This document shows positions 17,728 through 27,118 of a stretch of DNA of 38,846 nucleotides, piece after piece. Every line of letters starts with the position of its first letter. Positions within the stretch are counted from its first letter, which is position 1. This DNA is from an uncultured Gammaproteobacteria bacterium (GTDB lineage Bacteria; Patescibacteriota; Microgenomatia; Levybacterales; UBA12049): the NCBI GenBank assembly GCA_964457405.1, contig CAYWEP010000003.1, forward strand, positions 3,036 through 41,881, written 5' to 3'. Position numbers and translations under genes: made by a program. The notes beneath the pieces are model-generated. The model saw nothing but the letters and a program-made list of their open reading frames with translations, searched no databases and was not told where the DNA came from.

Positions 17728-18726
17728 TTAACTGTATATATTTCTTTTAACGTACGCAATTGTTTTATCAAGTCCTTCTTGTATACTTACTTTAGCAGTC
17801 CATCCTAGCATTTTTTTTGCCTTTTTCGTATCAGCCAGTGTATGCTTGTTAACCTCTTTTTCCAAAAATTCTGGATTCAGCGGATATCCGCCCTGGAATT
17901 GTGTCGGAAAGTTTTCCCAGATAAGCTTTGGGCCGCGGTAAACCGGTTTTACTTTTTTCTCGCCCATTGACTTTGCGATAATGTCAAAAATCTCCTGAAC
18001 ACTTATTGAAGTACCAGACCCAACATTAAAGACTTCATTTTTTGCGTTTTTGTGAGTCATGACGATTTCACAAATGCTTGCAACATCTGTCACATAGACA
18101 AAATCCCGCGATTGCCGACCATCCGAATGCAAAACTGGCTGTTTTCCTTTAATAAGGCACCCAATAATATAGCTTATTAAATAAGATGGAGGTCGAAAAT
18201 CCATATGTGGTCCATATACGTTAAAAAACCGCAGAACTGTTATATCCATTCCATACATGTCTCTATAGGACTGGCAAAGATCCTCTGCAGCTTTTTTTGT
18301 TAGAGCATAAATAAGTGTCGGTTTGGGTAATACAGATTCTTTAAATGGTATAGGATCGTATTCGTAGATGGCAGCTGTCGAGGCAAAAATAATTTTTTTT
18401 ATATTGTTTCTTCGTGCCATTTCCAAAACATTGGCTGTTCCGGCAACATTACACTGGTAGGCTTTCCCAGGGTCGTCGTTACAGCCAGGTAAAGACACCC
18501 ACCCTGCAAAATGAAAGACAACGTCTATATTTCTTAAGACATCTTCCATTTTGGGATCTCCTATATCCATCTTTATGAAGTTTTTATGTAATTGTTCGCT
18601 GCCTGAGAAATTATGAAGGTATCCAAATTTCAAATTGTCCAGAGGATATATATCATGTTTTTTTGTGAGATATAGTCCCACTTGAGATCCAATAAACCCG
18701 GCTCCACCGGTAACTAATATTCGCAT
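17728..18726 (-). CDS. NAD-dependent epimerase/dehydratase (UDP-glucose 4-epimerase-like SDR)
   Basis: LVTGGAGFIG, ASTAAIY, YALTK, RFFNVYGP, DGRQSRDFVYV. Confidence 0.88.
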   Translation of the reverse strand: MRILVTGGAGFIGSQVGLYLTKKHDIYPLDNLKFGYLHNFSGSEQLHKNFIKMDIGDPKMEDVLRNIDVVFHFAGWVSLPGCNDDPGKAYQCNVAGTANVLEMARRNNIKKIIFASTAAIYEYDPIPFKESVLPKPTLIYALTKKAAEDLCQSYRDMYGMDITVLRFFNVYGPHMDFRPPSYLISYIIGCLIKGKQPVLHSDGRQSRDFVYVTDVASICEIVMTHKNAKNEVFNVGSGTSISVQEIFDIIAKSMGEKKVKPVYRGPKLIWENFPTQFQGGYPLNPEFLEKEVNKHTLADTKKAKKMLGWTAKVSIQEGLDKTIAYVKRNIYS

Positions 18727-18738
18727 ATTTAATGAAAG

Positions 18739-19416
18739 TTATTTGAAGGGAACTGCTTTATTTTCATTAACTCCACGTGGATTTTTGTCGTGATGACTTT
18801 TAACTTTTGCAAGCCAGGAAGCAATCATATGATTTAAAACCAATTGAATATCCTCAATTGGACCGTAATGATTGCTATTGACAAGTACTGGATAATGAAC
18901 CATACTCCCAAGCTTCCCTCCTGTCTTAAATCCTAAAAAACCAATTGTTATTGCACCTGAGGCTCTTGCATACTCTACAGCTTTTACCACATTGGGACTA
19001 TTGCCGCTTCCAGAAATTGCGATAACCACATCTCCAGTCTCGATTAAATTTCTTAATTGCTGCACAAAAATATCGTCAAAGCTTAAATCATTTGCAAATG
19101 CAGTTATCAAGGCGACATTATCGGAGAGAGAAATTACCCGAAAACGCCTTTCAGTATTATCATAAATTCGCTGTAGAGTACCTTTACTCAGATCGCATGC
19201 CATATGAGAAGCAGTCGAGGCACCTCCGCCATTACCTAAAATAAATACCTTTCTGTCTTTCTTATATGCATCAACCAAAACATCAATAACCATTTCGATT
19301 TTTGTTTTGTCCAAAGATACAATACATCTGGTCAACTCCACGAGGTAGCTATCAATAAAACTACTTGGATCAAGCTTTGCACTTTTTGTTTTTTTAATAT
19401 TGACAGAATTTTTCAT
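18739..19416 (-). CDS. gmhA: Sedoheptulose-7-phosphate isomerase (SIS domain)
   Basis: GNGGGASTASH, ITAFAND, GDVVIAISGSGNSPNV, IEDIQLVLNH; adjacent to hddA. Confidence 0.88.
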   Translation of the reverse strand: MKNSVNIKKTKSAKLDPSSFIDSYLVELTRCIVSLDKTKIEMVIDVLVDAYKKDRKVFILGNGGGASTASHMACDLSKGTLQRIYDNTERRFRVISLSDNVALITAFANDLSFDDIFVQQLRNLIETGDVVIAISGSGNSPNVVKAVEYARASGAITIGFLGFKTGGKLGSMVHYPVLVNSNHYGPIEDIQLVLNHMIASWLAKVKSHHDKNPRGVNENKAVPFK

Positions 19417-20396
19417 TAATCTATAAAGATAATTTTACTACCCTGTGGCTCAAATGCAAATTCCTGATAAATAAGACCAGGTAGGGATTTAATAATTTTT
19501 TCGTGTTTGTCCTCTGGAGCATAGAACAATAAAAATCCACCGCCTCCCGCACCTAAAAGTTTTCCTCCAATTGCTCCATTTTTTAAAGCTGTCTTATACC
19601 ATATGTCAATTTGCTGATTTGATACTCCTTCTACCATTTGAGTTTTTAATACCCAGTTTTCATGGAGCATTTCTCCAAAGGTATTAAGATTGTTTTTATT
19701 GAGTGCTTTTTTCATTTCTTTAGCAATTGTCACCATCCTAGCCATTATTTCCCTCTTTTTTCCCTTTTTCGCCATGATATTTTTTTGTTTTTTTAAAATA
19801 GAGTCAGCAGATCTCGTGATACCAGTATAAAAAAGGAGAAGACGTTTTTCTAATGTTTTCTTTGTGGCTGTTTTGCAAATAATTGGATCTACATACACTG
19901 TTTCGTTTGGATTAAACTGCATATACTGGAAACCCCCATACGCTGCTGCGTATTGATCTTGCTTGCCTATAGGTTTTTTTAATATTTCTATTTCTATTTT
20001 ACATGCTTCTTTTGCTAATTTTTGGGCATTCACTTGTTTTCCTTGATACGCATACAATGCGTTTAAAAGTCCTACGATATATGAGCTTGAGGAACCCATT
20101 CCCGTTCCCCCAGAAGGAATATCAGCTATTCCTGCGATATGGATTCCTCCTTTTATACCAGTTAACCTCATCGCTTCTCTAGCTAAATTATTTTCTATAT
20201 CCGACACCCTTGTAACTACTTCTGTCTTTGAATAATTAACCAAAATTCTTCCATCGAATTGTCTATTAACCGCTAAATATACATATTTGTTAAGAGTTGT
20301 TGATACCACAGCACCCGTATGATGTTTATAAAAGGAAGATATATCACTTCCTCCTCCGACAAAACTTATACGCAATGGTGTTCTTGAAATAATCAT
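19416..20396 (-). CDS. hddA: D-glycero-alpha-D-manno-heptose-7-phosphate kinase (GHMP family)
   Basis: MIISRTPLRISFVGGGSD, GTGMGSSS, GKQDQYAAAYGG, GGKLLGAGGGGFLL. Confidence 0.9.
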   Translation of the reverse strand: MIISRTPLRISFVGGGSDISSFYKHHTGAVVSTTLNKYVYLAVNRQFDGRILVNYSKTEVVTRVSDIENNLAREAMRLTGIKGGIHIAGIADIPSGGTGMGSSSSYIVGLLNALYAYQGKQVNAQKLAKEACKIEIEILKKPIGKQDQYAAAYGGFQYMQFNPNETVYVDPIICKTATKKTLEKRLLLFYTGITRSADSILKKQKNIMAKKGKKREIMARMVTIAKEMKKALNKNNLNTFGEMLHENWVLKTQMVEGVSNQQIDIWYKTALKNGAIGGKLLGAGGGGFLLFYAPEDKHEKIIKSLPGLIYQEFAFEPQGSKIIFID

Positions 20397-21586
20397 AAGT
20401 GCTTTTCAACAATGGAGTATAGATTCTCTTTCTTGTTTACCAGGAATGTTTTTACTCCAGCTGTGGTAGCAGCCATCATATCACGCTCATCGTCTCCTAT
20501 GCAATAACTCTCGAATAAGTTAATATGATGTTTTGTAGCGGCTTGGAAAAACATACCTGGGTTTGGTTTCCGACAGAAACAATTATCCTCTGTTGCGTGT
20601 GTACAAACAAATATATCATCGAACGTGACTCCAATCTTTCTTAATTCTAATTGCATGTTTTTATGAATATCTTCTAAGGTTTTTTTTGTCATTTTTCCGT
20701 GTGCAACTCCAGCTTGATTTGTAATAACAAACATTTTATATCCTTTCTGTTGTGCCAGCTGCAATGCCTCTTTTACTTTTGGTAAAAAAACAAAATCTTT
20801 CCATTTTATTATATATTCATGCTCCTGTGCGTTTTTATTTATGACTCCGTCACGATCAAGAAAAAGAATCTTTTTCTTCCTAAAATATTCTTCCATCATC
20901 GGTACACGGTCTCTGGTTGTTAAAAAGTAGTAAGGATAATCAGTTCTATAACCTGCTAGTTGACTTTTTGAGATGAGAAGAGGTAATAATTCTTTTTCAA
21001 AAGAAAAGTTGTTATATGGCATGAAATTAACTATTGATTTATCCAGTATAAAAAAACCGATATCAGTGGCATTGAGGTTTCTGGCAGACCGTTTCCTGTC
21101 ATATGCTTGAATAATACCGTTTGAATCTACAAATATATTATTCTCAAATCCATACTCTGCAAAACCATATCGATTGTTATAAACAGTAACCATTGCTAGA
21201 ACATCTTTCGAGAGATAAAAGGAGAACATCTTATCAAGTTGAAGAGGCCAATAGTTGTCAGAGTATAGTAAAAGAAATTTTTTTCTAAGAAAGTGCTTTG
21301 CTCTTCTTATTCTCGTTCCTGTTTCATCTTCTACAGGAGAATGAGAATATTTTATTTTCAGCCCCCACCTACGACCATCGTGTAAGTACTGTTCAATTTG
21401 CTTGTGCAAGTAGCCTGTCAATATGACTACCTCTTCAATATCATTCTTTTTTAACATCTCTATAAGATGCTCGAGAAAGGGCTTCCCATGAATCTCTACC
21501 ATCGGCTTTGGTTTTGTTAACGTAAGAGGAAGTAATCGTTTACCTTTACCACCAGCTAAAATGACTGCCTGTTTTATGAGGCTCAT
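20393..21586 (-). CDS. Fused heptose-1-phosphate nucleotidyltransferase (HddC-like) and heptose-1,7-bisphosphate phosphatase (GmhB)
   Basis: N-terminal ILAGGKGKRL.PLT..PKPM nucleotidyltransferase motif; C-terminal FLDRDGVIN, ITNQAG, CTH...CFCRKPNPGM, IGDDERD. Confidence 0.9.
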   Translation of the reverse strand: MSLIKQAVILAGGKGKRLLPLTLTKPKPMVEIHGKPFLEHLIEMLKKNDIEEVVILTGYLHKQIEQYLHDGRRWGLKIKYSHSPVEDETGTRIRRAKHFLRKKFLLLYSDNYWPLQLDKMFSFYLSKDVLAMVTVYNNRYGFAEYGFENNIFVDSNGIIQAYDRKRSARNLNATDIGFFILDKSIVNFMPYNNFSFEKELLPLLISKSQLAGYRTDYPYYFLTTRDRVPMMEEYFRKKKILFLDRDGVINKNAQEHEYIIKWKDFVFLPKVKEALQLAQQKGYKMFVITNQAGVAHGKMTKKTLEDIHKNMQLELRKIGVTFDDIFVCTHATEDNCFCRKPNPGMFFQAATKHHINLFESYCIGDDERDMMAATTAGVKTFLVNKKENLYSIVEKHL

Positions 21587-21591
21587 AGATA

Positions 21592-22578
21592 TTAGTAGAG
21601 ATCATTTTTAACAAAATCCCGCCAGTAGATAAGATTGTCGTCAATAATATCTTCAAGCGTTAGGATTGGTATCCATCCAGTTGCCATAAAAAATTTACTG
21701 CAATCCCCAATTACAACAGATTCATTTGTCGGCCGAACAAATTTTTCAACTATCTTATGTTGGATTTTACCTTTATATGTTGACTTTTTGATAAGGCTCA
21801 ATATTGTCTCCCCAAACGTACCGATATTTTTCTTTTTATCCGAACCTACCAGATATACTTCGGGCTTACAATGTTTTAATGCCAACCAATACGCATGTAC
21901 AATATCCTTCACATGAATAAAGTTGCGCTTTGCCAACACATATCCACTTTGTAAAACGGGATCTTGCTTTCCATTTTCAATTAACGCAACTTGATATGCA
22001 TACCAAGGAAGACCAAAGATGTTATCCCTACGCGGCCCCTCAATATTAAAAGCGCGCGTCCGAACGATATGCATTCCATATGTTTTGCGATATACATATC
22101 CTATGTAATCCTGAGCCATTTTTGATACTGCATAGGGGTTAAGGGGATTTAAGGGAGTTTCTTCTCTCATTGGTAAGTGCTCTTCTGGAATGTCTCCATA
22201 CATCGCGACACTGCCAGCAATAAGAATTTTTGGATTTATACCTACCCTACGTACTGCTTCTAAAAGATTTACTGTTCCTTTAAAATTAACGTCCATATAA
22301 TGACTGGGGTGATTCCACGAAGGACTCAATCCCCCTTCTGCCGCAAAGTGATATATCTTTGTTGGCATTATTTTTTCTATTGCAGTGTAAATACCAATTG
22401 GATCGGTAAGATCACAATCAAAAAATTCAACCTGAGAAAGAATATGGCGGACGTTACGCAGCCTACTTAGATTCCACCGTTTGAGACCATACACTTTTAT
22501 TCCTTTTTGTAATACATAGTCAGCCATGTGGGAGCCAACAAAACCAGTAATTCCCGTAATGAGCACTTTTTCTTGCAT
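21592..22578 (-). CDS. GDP-mannose/GDP-heptose 4,6-dehydratase-family SDR (DmhA/WcbK-like), catalytic Glu apparently absent
   Basis: LITGITGFVGSH, PLNPYAVSK, TRAFNIEGPRR. AGSVAMYG sits where dehydratases have SSEEYG/SSEVYG. Directly upstream of the heptose genes. Confidence 0.75.
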   Translation of the reverse strand: MQEKVLITGITGFVGSHMADYVLQKGIKVYGLKRWNLSRLRNVRHILSQVEFFDCDLTDPIGIYTAIEKIMPTKIYHFAAEGGLSPSWNHPSHYMDVNFKGTVNLLEAVRRVGINPKILIAGSVAMYGDIPEEHLPMREETPLNPLNPYAVSKMAQDYIGYVYRKTYGMHIVRTRAFNIEGPRRDNIFGLPWYAYQVALIENGKQDPVLQSGYVLAKRNFIHVKDIVHAYWLALKHCKPEVYLVGSDKKKNIGTFGETILSLIKKSTYKGKIQHKIVEKFVRPTNESVVIGDCSKFFMATGWIPILTLEDIIDDNLIYWRDFVKNDLY

Positions 22579-22583
22579 AGTTG

Positions 22584-24401
22584 CTATTCTCTATCTGCTG
22601 TCACTTTACGCAGAGCATTCTGTATGTCTGTCTCGTTTTTAGGATCGACCAAAACAAATAATTTCGCTAAATTAATCCACTCATCTCTTGTCATATTTCG
22701 TTTCTTACGATAAATAAACAAGGTACTCTTATCAAAGGGTATAGAAATTTTCTTTACAAGTACATATGCTTGGGGCAAGGATCTATGTGTTAACCTGAGT
22801 ACATCGTTAAATCTTCTAACAAGATACATGTCAGAATCATAAAGATCATGTTCTCCTTCTTTATATTGATCAATTATACCATTTTTCACCAAAACATAAT
22901 CTGCAGATTGCAGTTTTTTAAAAACCGTGTCGTAGGATTTTTCTCCCCGTATAGCAGCAACGACTCCAATACCACGCTCTTGATATCCAAGAATTGTGTG
23001 AAATCCATTAGAAATCTGAGGCATTTCATACGCTGGCGTATAAATAAATGGCTTACTACTTTTCCAGTCTTCCTTTATAGCGTTGATTATCGATATTACA
23101 TTTCCTTCCTCTGGACGCGGTGGCCAGACCATAGGAGTAAGATAGATTCTTCGCGGATGATGAATAAATGAGGGTAAGACAATATCTTTTAATCCCTGTT
23201 TACCCATAGGCCCAAGTCCCCAGCTCGAAGCAATAAAATTTAGTGAGCCTAGAATTAAGATTGCACTCGATAGTAATATGCTTAACTTTTTATAGCCAGC
23301 GTGTTGTATAACAACAGCTGAGATCAGTGCCATAACTGGATAAATAGGTACTATTAATCGATCTGTTTTCCACACACTTCCGAACGTAAAGAAAGCATAG
23401 GGAACAATAAAAGCAAGCAAAAAAAATGCATATCGTTTGATAAAGATAAGGCAAATCAAAAACCCAGCTACAAATAGTAACCAGAAAAAAATAGTCTGCT
23501 GGGATAGAACATTGAGATAAAACATGACTGAACGAATGGAAAAAACATTGGCAAGCTCAGGCATTCCAAGAAATTCTGTTACCCAAGATGCGCCATTCGA
23601 TGTGTTCGCAGTAATATATGCTTTAAACGGCAGAAGATTTGGTAAATAGTACAGAACTATACTGGGAAGAATTGCGAACATAAAAAAAATGCCGGTGTTG
23701 AAAAACAATGTTTTACGTTTTTTAGGTTCTCTTATGAAAGCATTTATCCCAACTAACGCAACGAGAATCGCTGGACCTACGACAAAAATGGGAACAACCC
23801 ATCGCGTTAAACTACCTAGAAAAAGAAAGATCGAAAAGAGTATTGTGTATTTCGTATTCATAAAACTTTTCGATTTTGCAAGAAATAGTAAAGACATAAC
23901 CACAAACGCTGTTGCAGCCGTTTCAGTGTACGTAAAATGGAGATAAAAAAGAGGAAATCCATAAAAAGCAAAAATAACAGATGCAAGTAAACCTGCTTTT
24001 TTGCTTAAAAATTCTTTTCCTAAGAAATATACGCCTACAATAGTTATGAGATAAAAAAGGACATTTATCCATAAAGCTATCTTGTAGGCATGCAGTGTGC
24101 CGGTAAATAGAAAAGCAATTGCTAGTACAAAACTATATAGTGGTTGCCTATATTTATAAACTTCTAGGAGTTCTAATTGTTTTTCTACTTTAAGCTCTTT
24201 AAATACATCATAATATAAGGTAGCCATCTCCATATATTGATGCTCATCTGTACCTCCTTCAGGATATTGATGGGTTTTCGTTACATATAATGAATGACTT
24301 ACAAATATGACAACACATAGAATTGCTAATGTGTATACCTCCCAATGCCTCATTATCTGAAGATAAAGCCGAGGAATTAAAAAACGCAAGTTTCTTGCCA
24401 T
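22584..24401 (-). CDS. GT-C fold integral membrane glycosyltransferase (ArnT/PMT_2, GT39/GT83-like)
   Basis: Many hydrophobic helices, early DE motif (GTDEHQY), RQPLY, YTET, DRLIVPIYP and a soluble C-terminal domain. Confidence 0.8.
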   Translation of the reverse strand: MARNLRFLIPRLYLQIMRHWEVYTLAILCVVIFVSHSLYVTKTHQYPEGGTDEHQYMEMATLYYDVFKELKVEKQLELLEVYKYRQPLYSFVLAIAFLFTGTLHAYKIALWINVLFYLITIVGVYFLGKEFLSKKAGLLASVIFAFYGFPLFYLHFTYTETAATAFVVMSLLFLAKSKSFMNTKYTILFSIFLFLGSLTRWVVPIFVVGPAILVALVGINAFIREPKKRKTLFFNTGIFFMFAILPSIVLYYLPNLLPFKAYITANTSNGASWVTEFLGMPELANVFSIRSVMFYLNVLSQQTIFFWLLFVAGFLICLIFIKRYAFFLLAFIVPYAFFTFGSVWKTDRLIVPIYPVMALISAVVIQHAGYKKLSILLSSAILILGSLNFIASSWGLGPMGKQGLKDIVLPSFIHHPRRIYLTPMVWPPRPEEGNVISIINAIKEDWKSSKPFIYTPAYEMPQISNGFHTILGYQERGIGVVAAIRGEKSYDTVFKKLQSADYVLVKNGIIDQYKEGEHDLYDSDMYLVRRFNDVLRLTHRSLPQAYVLVKKISIPFDKSTLFIYRKKRNMTRDEWINLAKLFVLVDPKNETDIQNALRKVTADRE

Positions 24402-24410
24402 AGGTAATTG

Positions 24411-25376
24411 TTACTCTATCTGGTTTCTTCCGAAGAAAAAAGCTTCTATAATCCAGAATGTTTCATAATAGAGGAAAAAAATATTAAGAAACGGCAGTAT
24501 AAGTATCCTGCCATCTTTTAGAATCGATGGTGTGGCAAACATTTTTTGCGTGTAAAAAAATGAATATGCAATAAGTAATACTATTCCAACTATGTGAAGA
24601 TACGGCAAGAATGGAATAATTGCTAATCCTGGTTTTACGAGTAATATGAGCCCATTATTAAGAATAGAAATTCCACGAGTCCGCATTGCCCGTCCGTAGG
24701 ATCTTGCAACATGACGTTGTTTGTGTAAAAGCATCCCAAGTGTGTATTCGGTCCCTAAATAATATACATGCGTAACGACAGCGTCGCTTTTTACTACTTT
24801 TCCAATAGACCTAAGCTTACTATGTAAGTCCGCATCCTCATTACCAATTCCAAAATTCCGCACATCTATTCCTCCCACCCGAAGATATATCTCCCTTCTG
24901 ACACAGTCAAATTTTGTTGTAAAACCGGCAATACCCTTATTTACGAGTCTGGCAAAAAAATACTTTTCCCAGAAATTAAACCTGTTCCAAATCCGTTCGG
25001 GCAAAATAATTGTCGGGTATGTACCGACAACTTCTTTGTCTTTCATGGGTTTGACCAATTTTTCTAACTCTACATTTGATTCTAACAAACAATCAGAATG
25101 CATAAGCACAACCAACGAAGATTTTGCATGTTGTAAACCTTCATTAAAACTTGCTCCAACCCCTTTATTTATTTTTCTCTCTATAAGGGTAATAGGAATT
25201 TTTGACGTTTCTGCAAAGTTTTTGACGATTTCAACAGAATTGTCTTTTGATTTATTGTCAACAATAACAATCTCTTTTATTGGGTATTGTTGTTGAGTAA
25301 TGCTCTTTAATGCATGAAGCAGTGTTGTTGAAGCATTACGCATAGGCATTACAACACTTACAGATTTGTTAGTCAT
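24411..25376 (-). CDS. GT2 family glycosyltransferase with C-terminal membrane helices
   Basis: VSVVMPMRN, VDNKSKD, MHSDC, NEDADL and a hydrophobic C-terminus. Confidence 0.88.
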   Translation of the reverse strand: MTNKSVSVVMPMRNASTTLLHALKSITQQQYPIKEIVIVDNKSKDNSVEIVKNFAETSKIPITLIERKINKGVGASFNEGLQHAKSSLVVLMHSDCLLESNVELEKLVKPMKDKEVVGTYPTIILPERIWNRFNFWEKYFFARLVNKGIAGFTTKFDCVRREIYLRVGGIDVRNFGIGNEDADLHSKLRSIGKVVKSDAVVTHVYYLGTEYTLGMLLHKQRHVARSYGRAMRTRGISILNNGLILLVKPGLAIIPFLPYLHIVGIVLLIAYSFFYTQKMFATPSILKDGRILILPFLNIFFLYYETFWIIEAFFFGRNQIE

Positions 25377-26508
25377 TAGTTCTAGTGGGTATTTCTAAAA
25401 AGTCAAAAGCACTACGGTAATATGTTTCATAGTAAAAATACGTGTTGAATTTGTCTAGTCCTTTAAGATATTCTTCATAATTTTTCTTCATCTCCAATAG
25501 TGCCATGCCAAGCTCCTTGATGTTCTGTTGAATAAGTATGCCACAGTCAAATTTTTTAATATATGGTGCGATTGCAGATGTATCGGACATGATAATTGGT
25601 AATCCAAGTGAAGCGTAGGTTTTTACTTTACCAGGATCAGTATAATAAGTTCCATTGGTTGGCGAAATATCATAAAGGGCAATGCCTACCTGGCAGGTTT
25701 TAGAAATATCTTCCAGCTTTTTATCTGAAAAAAATCTATTTGGAAAGTACACTTGACTCTCTATGTTAAGTTTTCTAATTACTGCTTCATATCTATCATA
25801 TAAATTTTCTGTAGACATCCCAATTAATTTAAGTGCATAATCTTTATGATTTTTTAAAAATTCAAATAAAAACTCTATGCCCTGAGAATCTCTAATAACA
25901 CCTACAAAGAGAATAGTAAAAAAGGATCTATTCATCTTCCTTTGTATTTTTTTTGGTTTTACTCCCCACATGACTGTTTTCCGGTCTTGCCTTTTCACTA
26001 TCCTATCATTCATTAATTTGTTTAATAAATCACTTTGATAGAAAGCATATTTTACTTTACTGTTATAGTGTCTCTTTAATTTTTCGAATAATATAAGTGA
26101 CCAGTTGATAGGAGGAAAATAATCACCGTCCCAAAAAAGAAAATCTATATCTCGCAGTTTCTTTTGTAACCACATACCAAAGAAAGATATGGGATGAAAT
26201 GTTATTACTACAACTTTTTCTCCTGGAGAAAAATACCTAATCAGAATGTATAACTGGTAATAATACCACATTATATAGTAGAGAACTATATTTCGAGACA
26301 CTTTAACATTTTTTTCATCAACCAATTTCCCTTTTTTGTACAATCTTATAAGATTTCCTGTATTATTTAACCGTCCTTCAAGCAGAAAAGCCACAAGTTT
26401 TTCTGCATGTCTGGATAAGTACTCTTCAATAAAACCGACAGATTGCAAACTGGAGTACAAAAAAATACTTTTATATAAAATTTTATTCTTTACAGCTTCA
26501 CTTCTCAT
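25369..26508 (-). CDS. GT4-like glycosyltransferase
   Basis: LFVGVIRDSQG, YYTDPGKVKTYASLGLPII. Confidence 0.8.
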   Translation of the reverse strand: MRSEAVKNKILYKSIFLYSSLQSVGFIEEYLSRHAEKLVAFLLEGRLNNTGNLIRLYKKGKLVDEKNVKVSRNIVLYYIMWYYYQLYILIRYFSPGEKVVVITFHPISFFGMWLQKKLRDIDFLFWDGDYFPPINWSLILFEKLKRHYNSKVKYAFYQSDLLNKLMNDRIVKRQDRKTVMWGVKPKKIQRKMNRSFFTILFVGVIRDSQGIEFLFEFLKNHKDYALKLIGMSTENLYDRYEAVIRKLNIESQVYFPNRFFSDKKLEDISKTCQVGIALYDISPTNGTYYTDPGKVKTYASLGLPIIMSDTSAIAPYIKKFDCGILIQQNIKELGMALLEMKKNYEEYLKGLDKFNTYFYYETYYRSAFDFLEIPTRTND

Positions 26509-27118
26509 AAATCATCATATTATAGGCAATAAACGGTCTTAGAAGAGGCGTTAATTCTATTGTTTTTTCATACATTTTAAATAGAGATGTAAATTTCTTA
26601 GGATATACATGTGCCTCAAAAAATACAAATGACGGATTTTTAAAAACCATTTTACAAAGTTTCTTAAAATATGATTGAATAAAATGATTGTGTTTCTTAA
26701 GCAGTACCATATGAGGATAAAATAGGGGATTATACCGATTTGCTTCTAAGATAAATATTGTGCCGCCTTTTTTACATACCCGCTTCATTTCTTCAATAGC
26801 TGCAACATGTTTTGCGAAACGCTGTTTTTCTTCATCGACGTGGTGTAAGACATCGTGAGCATAAACATAATCGAAATAATTGTCTTTAAAGGGAATATCC
26901 AAAATACTGCCTTTTCTAAATTTGTTGCCTAATATTTTTTTTGCATTTTCGTGTTGATAGATATCTACTCCGTAAACATCTAATCCCCATTTCAGAAAAA
27001 AAATATCTTCCGAGCAATTCCCACATCCAACATCTAAGAAGTTTCCTTCTTTACTCTTAAGTTCTTTTTTAATGTAGCCCAAAACTTTTTTTCTATATTC
27101 TTTAGCTTGCTTATCCAT
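26498..27118 (-). CDS. Class I SAM-dependent methyltransferase
   Basis: FLDVGCG, GVDI, IPFKDNYFD, VLHHV, RVCKKGG. ATG 27118 preferred over the track's TTG at 27148. Confidence 0.85.
   Translation of the reverse strand: MDKQAKEYRKKVLGYIKKELKSKEGNFLDVGCGNCSEDIFFLKWGLDVYGVDIYQHENAKKILGNKFRKGSILDIPFKDNYFDYVYAHDVLHHVDEEKQRFAKHVAAIEEMKRVCKKGGTIFILEANRYNPLFYPHMVLLKKHNHFIQSYFKKLCKMVFKNPSFVFFEAHVYPKKFTSLFKMYEKTIELTPLLRPFIAYNMMIYEK

Noticed and set aside
12001-22578. Antibiotic or secondary-metabolite cluster (C-methyltransferase, DegT, heptose genes)
   Set aside because: No scaffold synthase, resistance gene or drug exporter; the surrounding Wzx, GT-C and many GTs point to surface glycans.
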